Origin: Asterias rubens
Lineage: Eukaryota
Reading direction: 5' to 3'
Length of the DNA: 64,000 bases
Assembly (NCBI RefSeq): GCF_902459465.1
Contig: NC_047075.1
Location: 3,038,001 to 3,102,000, forward strand
Shown here: piece by piece, positions 35,367 to 44,976 of the stretch
Layout of the letters: every line of letters begins with the position of its first letter
Position numbering within the stretch: position 1 is the first letter of the stretch
Made by a program: the position numbers and the translations under genes
The notes under the pieces: generated by a model
What the model saw: the letters and a program-made list of their open reading frames with translations, nothing else
The model's database searches: none
Told to the model about the DNA's origin: nothing

Positions 35367-38300
35367 TTATTGTGGGTTTTCGTGGTGTGGGAAGGGCCTG
35401 TGTGGTCCACCTGTGAAAAAGCAAGACAATTACTTTTAGGTAAAAGAGTTTTGACACTATGTTTGTGTAAGTAAATGGCATAGAGATATTTGAACAACAG
35501 TTATAGGTTTTCCTGGCTCTCAACATCATGCACACAGTAACAATTAAACCTGTGAAATTGATTGTGGTCGTCGAAGTTGCGAGACAATAAAGGATGAATT
35601 TTTTTTAAACACCCTTGTCACACGAAATGTTGTGCTTTCAGATGCTTGATTTCGAGACCACAAAATCAAATATTTTAGTGAGAAATAACTTCGTTCTCGA
35701 AAACAAAGTTACTTCAGGGAGAGCCGCTTCTCACAATGTTGTATACTATCGACATCACTTCATTGATCGCTAACAAGTATGTAAGTTTTTATGTTTACAA
35801 TCATTTTGAGCATACCAATAATATCCTGCAGTGTGCTAAGTGATTCGACTCACCAAATTAGCAATCAATGGTCATTTAATCAGATTGTTCAATTTTATTA
35901 GGCTGTAAGACTAATTCAGTTTCGTAAAGGCTAGCAGTAAGAGCTTATCAATCATTCAATTTCATTAAGTGTAATAGCTGGCAGAAATTCAACTTAAAAA
36001 GAACGACCGAAGAAAGAAACGGCAATGACTGAGAAACGATACTGAATAAAAAACGAAATAGTGTGAAACGAAAGTGAATGAATTGATAGCTTAATAAAAG
36101 AAACCCTTTTGAGTGCACATTCAAACCGGGGACCTATGACGAAAGAGAACAATTTTAGAGCCCACGGTTCGGGAAAAGTCCACAGTTGGAAAACGTGTAC
36201 AAAACCAATGGGAGCTGTTGCAAAACAAAGTTTCGAGTAGTGGTAAAGGATGTGTTCGATTAACTTCCCTGTGTTGAACCCGCGGTGCTCACTCGGGTGA
36301 GCCCCTAATCAAACGATCACACCCGCCCTCTCGTGCTGACGTCATGCACCTCGGGCCAGCCCCAAGTGACCCAATCCACCAGCAGGTCACTTGGGGCTAA
36401 CCCGGGTGAGCCCATGGTATGACGTCAGAGCTACTCGAACGTACCGGGGGCAGATGGGGGTCGACCAAGGGAAGCTAATCGAACGCATCCTTAAAAGATG
36501 GACAATCACTGATGCAGGCGTATACACAAGCTTGTGTGAGTTGCTTAAGGGTTGAATACATGAATTTGATGGCGTATTTTACAAATTTACTTTTGGGGGT
36601 GAAATTGGCGGGAAAACCTACCGATTGGCCAACCGTCATGGTGATCATCCCCGCCCTCTGGCCCGCTGTGGTGGCCGCCGTGATGGCCGCCATCATGGTG
36701 ACCTCCATGGGGGCCGCCATGTTGGCCTCCATGATGTCCGCCACTATGTCCGCCACTATGGCCGCCAGGGTGGTGCCCTTGCTGGTCGTCATTGTCGTAG
36801 TCGGGGAACTCTGGCGCAGACGATTCATCTGGGTACACAACATCGCCCTCTTGTGGTTTCTGGTTATAACAAAAATGGTTTTGTGTGAATTTTAGTCAGC
36901 CTTGTACAGAACGTCATAAGCTTAAATAGCGCACTCTCTGTGGTTGAAGGAAGCGCTACTATTTGCTGAAAGTTGTGAATGGGCAGATGTTTCCAATGTT
37001 TGACCTTAGCGCTCGCGGCCGACACAAGGGGTCTATTAACAATATTTTTGTCTCAAGTTTTGTAAAGCATGACGCATAAAAATAAGATGTAACTATAAAT
37101 AGATAACATCTTGCGGGTACAACATGCAAAGCTTATCTTTGACCATGTTTGCATCGCAAAAAGCAAAGTGTTGTAAAAGCAAAAATGAATAGTAAATTTA
37201 TAATTGTCAAAGTTAGTCTTTAATCACGTTAGGCCAAATTGTTGCTTTACTATTGTTTATTTTAATCACTTCACATTATGTGTACATGTACGAGTGCATT
37301 GACTGCGAATCTCCGTACAAAATCAATGCGAGATCAAAGGTTCCTCTGGGACCATCCGGTCAGGCAGGTATACGAGCCTCAAGAGTGTGACGTCAGGTTG
37401 TCAGGCTTGGATGTGCAGTCTAACAGTGAACTGCCACAACATATCAATTTCATCTTAGAAAAAGTAATCAATGGGATACTTTGGAACGCTAGGTGGCAGC
37501 AGACTTACCAGAATGTCCATTGTTTACACAGTTCCCATCATGCGCACATTACCGAGAACAATGGATTTACCTGGTAAGTCTGCTGCCACCTAGCGTCCCA
37601 AACGTATCACATATAACTTACTGGTCCATAGAGGCAAGCGGGTTGAGCCAAGAGCACCCACAGGGCCACCCCACTGACGGCCAGCGCGAGCAACACCCCC
37701 AATACGGTCAGGATGACGGCACACTTGCGACTGCAGCACCCGGTACGTTTCACCTCGACCACGGTGATTGTTGTTTCGTCTTCCAGCTGTAAAAAAGAAA
37801 ATGAATACCATCATCAAACTCGAAACTATTCTGTTGTGAAGTAGAGTGTGGTAGTTCACATCAAGGCCTTTAATGTGAGACTTTGGAACGCTAGGTGGCA
37901 GCAGACTTACCAGATTAATTTCCATTGTTTACGTAGTTCTGAGCATGCGCTCATTACCGAGAACGATGGGTTTTACCTGGTAAGTCTGCTGCCACCAAGC
38001 GTCCCAAAAGTCTCCTGTTCAGTTTGTTTAGATGATCTTCCCGACAAGGGAACTCGGCAAACTCCCACAAGGGGATATAAACACCAAGCTGGCAACAGCC
38101 AATCTCTCTATATACAAACATTGTAAAATCAAGAAATTGTGATTCAGTATAAACTAGACAATACCGATACTCTAGTCATTCAGGTTTAAAGACACTGGAC
38201 ACTATTGGTAATATTGTCAAAATCCAGTCTTCTCACTTGGTGTATATCAACATTATGCATAAAATAACAAACCTGTGAAAATTTGAGCTCGATTGGTCGT

Positions 38301-39882
38301 CGGAGTTGCGTGATAATAATGAAAGAAAAACACCCTTGTCACACGAAGTTGTGTGCTTTCAGATGCTTGATTTCAAGACCTCAAGTTCTAAACTCAAGGT
38401 ATCGAAATAAAATTCGTGGAAAATTACTTCTTTCTCGAAAACTACGTCAGAGGGAGCCGTTTCTCACAATGTTTTATACTATCAACCTCTCCCCATTACT
38501 CGTTTAAAGCGAGGTTTTATGCTGATAATTGTTTTGAGTAATTACCAATAGTGTCCACTGCCTTTAATTAGCGGTTAGTATTGAATGGCTTCGAACCCGC
38601 AACCTTGTGATTACAAGTGTGCATTTTAACCATTTGACCACGGTGTAACCAACACTTAGTCTAGGCCTATTCTTTAACCCATATCATACAAAAATCGAGA
38701 TTCTATTTAGAATTACATGCATCAAGAATGCATTGTTTCCCCAATCAGGGAGATTTAAAATGTGTTCGTCAGAACATGGACAGATTGGTTTATCTTCAGG
38801 GAACTTTCTGCAGAATCAATCAGGGAGAGGATAACTTTCCGTATGGCGCCACCACTTTTATTCACTCATTTTTACAAAATGGGATATCTTAATTGAGGTT
38901 AATTAGATACTATATTTATTTCATATCGAATGAAAGTGGTGGCGCCATACGGAAACTTTTATTTCTACCTTTAAGTCAAGAGTGGCTTTTACTTTAGCTT
39001 TGTTTTGGCAGTTCTGCAATAGACATAGGCCTATCGTCGACTACCGAAGCCATCGACCGCCTCTCCACGCATATAGTTGGTATTGTTTGCATTTATTGAT
39101 TTATGATCAATAGTCAATGAAACACCTTTGTACACAACAATGCCATGACTGTTTCTGATACTACATCCTAATGGACTTTGAGCATGCATTGCTTTCCATA
39201 CATTGTGGGTGATTTTTAGGTAGGGACTGAAGTGCCATGGGTGCACCCACAATGTTTTCAACAGGACAGATAAAGAAGAACATGGATCATGGGCAACACC
39301 TGGGGAAGCCCACAATGTCGCACTACTTAACAGTGTTGCTGCGTGTATGTATCTAGACTACTGTTAAACGTTCATGTGAGGTACTGGACACATTTGGCAA
39401 TTGTCAAAGACCGGTATTCTCACTTGGTGTGTCTGTCAACATAATAACAAACCTGTGAATATTTTGACTGAATTGGTCATCGAACTTGCAAGAGATTATA
39501 AATGAAAGAAAAAAAAAACAATCTTGTTGCACAAAACGTGTGTGCTTATGCATGATAAAAGGCTTCATGCCTGAATTGTCTTTTAACATTTGAGTGAGAA
39601 ATTACATCTTTCTCTTAAACTACGTTACTTTAGAGGAAGCCGTTTCTCACAAATGTTTTCAACCTCCCCATTGCTCGTTACTATACCAAGTAAGTTCTTA
39701 TGCTAACAAATAGTGTCCAGTGACTTCAATGCTACAGATGGGCCTGTTAGAAACAAGTACAAAATGGAACTTACTGGTAACTCCACCATTGTGCTCTCGT
39801 CCAGCGGCCATGTCTTCTTCTGGTCTTTTAGGCCGTGCTTTTGACCGTCTGGGTCGGCGGCATATACTGCTAGCTGGACCAT
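35367..39882 (-). CDS. Paralog B, about 184 aa type II membrane protein with a His/Gly-rich ectodomain. Exons 39882-39775, 37786-37622, 36859-36622, 35410-35367.
   Basis: MVQLAVYAADPDGQKHGLKDQKKTWPLDESTMVELP | LEDETTITVVEVKRTGCCSRKCAVILTVLGVLLALAVSGVALWVLLAQPACLYGP | KPQEGDVVYPDESSAPEFPDYDNDDQQGHHPGGHSGGHSGGHHGG...HHDGWPI G| GPHRPFPHHENPQ*. Donors gtaagt/gtaagt/gtaggt, phases 0,0,1. Confidence 0.85.
37875..38014. mobile_element. MITE gagactttggaacgctaggtggcagcag...ctgctgccac..gcgtcccaaaagtctc (also about 6855-6998, 27467-27608, 34200-34320, 34558-34700, 37475-37608)
   Basis: About 140-bp TIR element, at least six copies. Confidence 0.8.
38186..38567 (+). mobile_element. Kolobok-like MITE family 1 copy
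   Basis: Both TIRs and TTAA present. Confidence 0.85.
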
Positions 39883-42189
39883 CGTGTCTCGGTCTAGTCT
39901 TCGTAGTACTTTCTGCTTAAAATTCCAAACGATTTTTGATTCTAGTACAACTCAAGTCCGGAATGTACGTGGAATTGTTTACCTGTACTATTGTTCGACC
40001 GGCTTACAAAATAAACACGTCGTATACGCGCAGTCACTGCCGATCCAGCCTACGTTATGTAACTCGGAGTAGAGTTAAAGAGGATGTTTTTTGTTGTCCG
40101 CGTTAAAATCAATTTATTGGAAAGTCGGTTGTCGGGCTCTGTGCAGGGAGTTAAAAATGCACTCCTTTTTATTTTGTGTGGCGTGTTGGCATTTAGCTTT
40201 CGAGATAGACTCTGCTTGGGTCGAAACGTCAGGCCACCCTTAACTGTTGTTATGCTTTTTCATACCATATCCTCTTAGTTGGTATTAAGCACTTTGCAAA
40301 AGCTTATTCTATTCCCCAATTAAGCGAGAATTGGTAATTAAACGTATTATCTGAAAAACTTAACCGAGTTATTGTCTGGTACAACTTCATACTCTCTGGA
40401 AAAGGACGAACTGTTTATGTTAAAAGTGAAGTTTACTTTGAGAAGTAAACCATGGGTTTTTAAAGTAAAGCCACAAGGCAAACTGAATCCATTCATAGTT
40501 AAATTGAATTTCCTGTCAACTTAAAACTACAGAACATCACGGAGATTGGACAAAGCCCTCAAAATAAAACACAAACTCTGCACACATATTTGTTCCAGAG
40601 TTGATCAAGAAATGGTTTCATTAAAATTAGAAAGCAGAATCAAATAAGACACAAAGTAAATAACAAATAAAGTATTATATTATTTAGTGTCAACCTAACA
40701 CACCGATGTGTGTTAGCACTGTAAACTCGGCACTTTCCCGAGTTCTGCGAAATAAAATCACAGGCATATTTCTTGTCTACAATAAAGTTAGTATTAAAAC
40801 ACTGCAGCCCTGCGCTTTAACTGTCCGTCCTCAAACAAAAAGACAGCAACGCATTACAACTGTTATTTACTTTCCACATGTCACTTTGGACCAAAGGTTT
40901 GTAAACCTTGGTTTGACCGAGTCGATGACGTAAGCATCTTATTTGCATAATATATAATCATATTGATCAATATAAGTCCGTGCAACGCCGTGTCCATCGC
41001 CGGCCCTCTTGCGACGAAAACGGGCGGGGCCTTAAACGAACTCCATAGCTGTGAACCCCGCCAAAAATAAACTCCCACAGCATTTAGTGCATCTAAATAT
41101 TAAAAAAAAATACACGAACAATACACTTAGAACTTTATAGAAGTCGCACAGCTTTCGGGAGTCCCAGGTCCCGAACTGTTCTCTCACCAAACTAGTGTAA
41201 TTTTCCAAAACGTGCGAGTATTAAATTTCGAAAAAATGTCCCTGTATACCTCCCGGCAAATAACGTTTTTTTTTCCAGGGCCTATATCATCAAAAATATC
41301 CCAAGTCGGAGCCCCAGGTCCAATTTGGAATGTTTGTCTTTACACCATTGCTACATTTTGTCGGAGGTCCGGACCTACGACAAAATCTTACACTAGCGGA
41401 AGTTTTGACCAAGGACGTGGGCTACATCATCGTGTGAAAGGAACCCTTGTTTATTATTGAACGACGTCCTGGGTGAAAATGCCCATACAGCGCATGCTAT
41501 TGTGGGTGCTATCTTGTCCAATCAAGGTGATCAGGATTACCAATTCGGCATATCACTCTCAGGTCGCACAAGGGTTGTTAGTTTTTTAACTTCAGTGGGA
41601 AAGCTCACAAAATCAGTCCCACCCAGTGATAACAAATAAACAATCCACGCTCGAAAATGTTGTAGCAAGGGACCATGGCTACATTTTGGCCGTGTGAAAA
41701 GGGCTCAAGTGTCCCCTTTCAAACGGAAATTTGGCCAACGGAAACTTTCCTCCATGGCCTACCTAACATGCAACCACCCCAGGGACTAAACGTTTCATTT
41801 TCGGGCTCGAATGAAGATTACTGTGCGCAATTTCACAAACCATCCCTAAGAACAGACACATCTTGCTTGGCTAAAACAAATTTACCAGCCAAAGTTAACA
41901 GTGTACCACTGGTTCCCTACTCATTTTTGTTTTGTTTCGTGAAGAACATTTGCGTAGAAGTAATTTTCTGCTCATATTAGCGACTTTGACTGGGCCGTGA
42001 TGTGTCAACAAACTTTGCTAAAAACGGCAATAAAATGATGTCATTGTATTTAACGGTAACCTCTCCGACCCACGTCAATATTTGCGTTTGTGATCATGAT
42101 AAGATTATTGTAATCGGTCGTTGGATAATCAGTTTCTCAGTTGAGTGTTTATTCTGAACACCATTTGAATTTCACAAAAGGTAATCTTG

Positions 42190-42546
42190 TTAAAGCCATT
42201 GGACACTTTCGGAACAGAAAAAAAAATTAAAGTTCACAGATTTAAAAATAACTTACAGTGTTTACAGATTGAAGGTAATGGTGAAAGACTTCTCTTGAAA
42301 TATTATTCCATGAAATGCTTTACTTTTTGAGAAAACATTAAACCAACATCAATTCTCGATATCGAGAATTACGGATTTATTTTAAACACATTTAAACAAG
42401 GGTGGGTTTTCCCGTTATTTTCTCCCGACTCCGATGACCAATTGAGCCTAACTTTTCACAGGTTTTTTATTTTATATATAAGTTGTTATACACGAAGTGT
42501 GGGCCTTGGACAATACTGTTTACCGAAAGTGTCCGATGGCTTTAAA
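42190..42546 (+). mobile_element. TTAA-flanked MITE, third family (also about 24841-25215 and 53383-53740)
   Basis: TIR ttaaagccattggacactttcgg ... ccgaaagtgtccgatggctttaa. Confidence 0.8.
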
Positions 42547-43317
42547 TGTATCACTAAATCATTTAGAACCCGCGGGACAGTGGTAGCACAGGAACTTTAA
42601 AAGGTTGGTAAGGACAAACATTTCCCAAGACCACAGATTTACATAAAACTTAAACGGTCTAATGATCATGATCGTAGAAAACATCCCTTGATATAAGTTT
42701 TATCTGAAATGTCATATTTGATGAGAAATAAATAAAACTATTCCCCGGGAGTTAATCGCTCAGTGAGCGTTTTATTATTATTGGGTTTTTTCCCCTCTTA
42801 AATCCATGTCATGCAACAAGTGTAATCGTTTTTTCACTACTTTCGTGTGACCCAAAAGACCGATCGATCTCAAACTTCTACAGGTTTGTCAGTTTATGTA
42901 TATATGGTGGCTTACATAAATGCTTACACTGAAATTTCATTTTTGAAATTGTACAACTTATGACTTCCATGTTTGCGTAGATATTTGGTCCTTGGGGAAA
43001 AATCTAATTACATTTTGTGTGACTTCCATATTTCACTCCAGAAATGTTAGTAATGTTTTACAGTGTACGGTACTTAACCATTTAAAAGTGCAAAATATAA
43101 ACCTATTATAATTATTTATTATTGTATTATAATTGTTGTCGTTTCAAAATAAGCCTGTACTTAACTTTTTAAAGAAGGAAAAGTTAAAAGTCAAGTTTAA
43201 AGCTATGGTAGTTTGGTGCTTTGAGAAAAGCATATCAAAGCATATTTGTATTATTATTTATAAGGATAGGCCTGTACGTAACTTTTGAAGAAAGAACGAA
43301 ATCTTTAGAAGGTAAAC

Positions 43318-43638
43318 TTAAAGGCACTGGACACTATTGGTAATTGTCAAAAACCAGTGTCCTCACTTGGTGTATCTCAACATATGCATAAAATAACAAA
43401 CCTGTGAAAATTTGAGCTCAATTGGTCATCGGAGTTGGGAGAAAATGATGAAAGAAAAAACACCCTTTTATTATTTTAGTGAGAAATAACCTCTATTACA
43501 AAATCTATGCTACTTCAGAGGGAGACGTTTCCCACAATGTTTTTATACTATCAACATCTCTCCACTACTCGTTACCAAGTCAGGTTGTTAAGTTAATATT
43601 TGTTTTGAGTAATTACCAAACGTGTACCTTCCCTTTAA
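43318..43638 (+). mobile_element. Kolobok-like MITE family 1 variant
   Basis: ttaaaggcactggacac ... cgtgtaccttccctttaa, with family 1 internal sequence. Confidence 0.75.
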
Positions 43639-43832
43639 GCTACCATCCTGGCTACTAACAAAATACTATAAAGAGGTAGAAATAAACAGATACAAATAAA
43701 AATTCAGCAAAGATCTCGATCACACATAACATTGCCCCCAAAACTACCAGCAAACATTAACAAAAATAGCAACACAGAAGAAGTAAAAAGCGCTGTGGTA
43801 CCTCGTGTAGGAGCGTTATATAAATGTCTCTA

Positions 43833-43868
<36 letters not shown>

Positions 43869-44303
43869 TATTATAAAAACAAAGCACCTTTAGAAGTAAA
43901 GTTTAGCTATCTCCAGAGCAGTAAAAATTACATTCTAGAATAAGTTCAAATAAAGTTTCCTTTTTTCAAATTGTATTACTCATGGTTTCCATGTTCATGG
44001 CCTGATATTCGGTGCTCAGGGGAAAAAGTAGCAACATTTCATCTAGGAAAAAGCCTGACCAACATGGTGTAGCCTTTAATGTAGGCTTTAAGGCTTAAAT
44101 TTTGCATTTACGCACATTTTTCTGGAGCACTGCGCATTATAAATCCGTGTTATTATTATTGAACATTAGCAACTTATAAACAAAAACAAAACCAAAAACT
44201 TGGCCAAAACCAAGAAGCAAACATAGAAAAAAAAAAAAAAAAAAACAACAACTTCAAAGTGTTTTTTTTTTTTAGGGTAGTGCTTGATGAGTAGTTTTTT
44301 ACC

Positions 44304-44976
44304 TCAGGCTGTCTCTTCTTTAAGATTGCTGAATCCCACCCCCTCGGGGGTGTACTGGATCTCACTGGGTGTGTCATTCTGTCCATCACCCTGTAAGACC
44401 AAATAACAAAGACAGTCAACTATGGTCTAACAGCGACATTAAGCCATAGGAACAAATCTCACTGGATGTGTCACCATTACCCTGTATGACCAAATAACAA
44501 AGACAGTCAACTAGGGTCAAACAGCGACATTAAGCCATAGGAACAAATCTCACTTGGTGTGTCACCATCACCCTGTATGACCAAGTAACAAAGACAGTCA
44601 ACTAGGGTCAAACAGCGACATTAAGCCATAGGAACAAATCTCACTTGGTGTGTCACCATTACCCTGTATGACCAAATAACAAAGACAGTCAACTAGGGTC
44701 AAACAGCGACATTAAGCCATAGGAACAAATCTCACTTGGTGTGTCACCATCACCCTGTATGACCAAGTAACAAAGACAGTCAACTAGGGTCAAACAGCGA
44801 CATTAAGCCATAGGAACAAATCTCACTGGGTGTGTCACCATCACCCTGTATGACCAAGTAACAAAGACAGTCAACTAGGGTCAAACAGCGACATTAAGCC
44901 ATAGGAACAAATCTCACTTGGTGTGTCACCATCACCCTGTATGACCAAATAACAGAGACAGTCAACTAGGGTCAAA
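44304..44976. repeat. 91-bp tandem repeat (about 7 units) overlapping the last acceptor of the MAM-LDLa gene
   Basis: aacaaatctc recurs at 44451, 44542, 44633, 44724, 44815 and 44906 (period 91). Confidence 0.95.

Noticed and set aside
15094-39882. Identity with sea urchin Sp185/333 (Transformer) or BRICHOS/ITM2 type II proteins
   Set aside because: Transformer genes are two-exon, signal-peptide proteins without this TM exon. No BRICHOS domain is present. Only composition or topology is similar.
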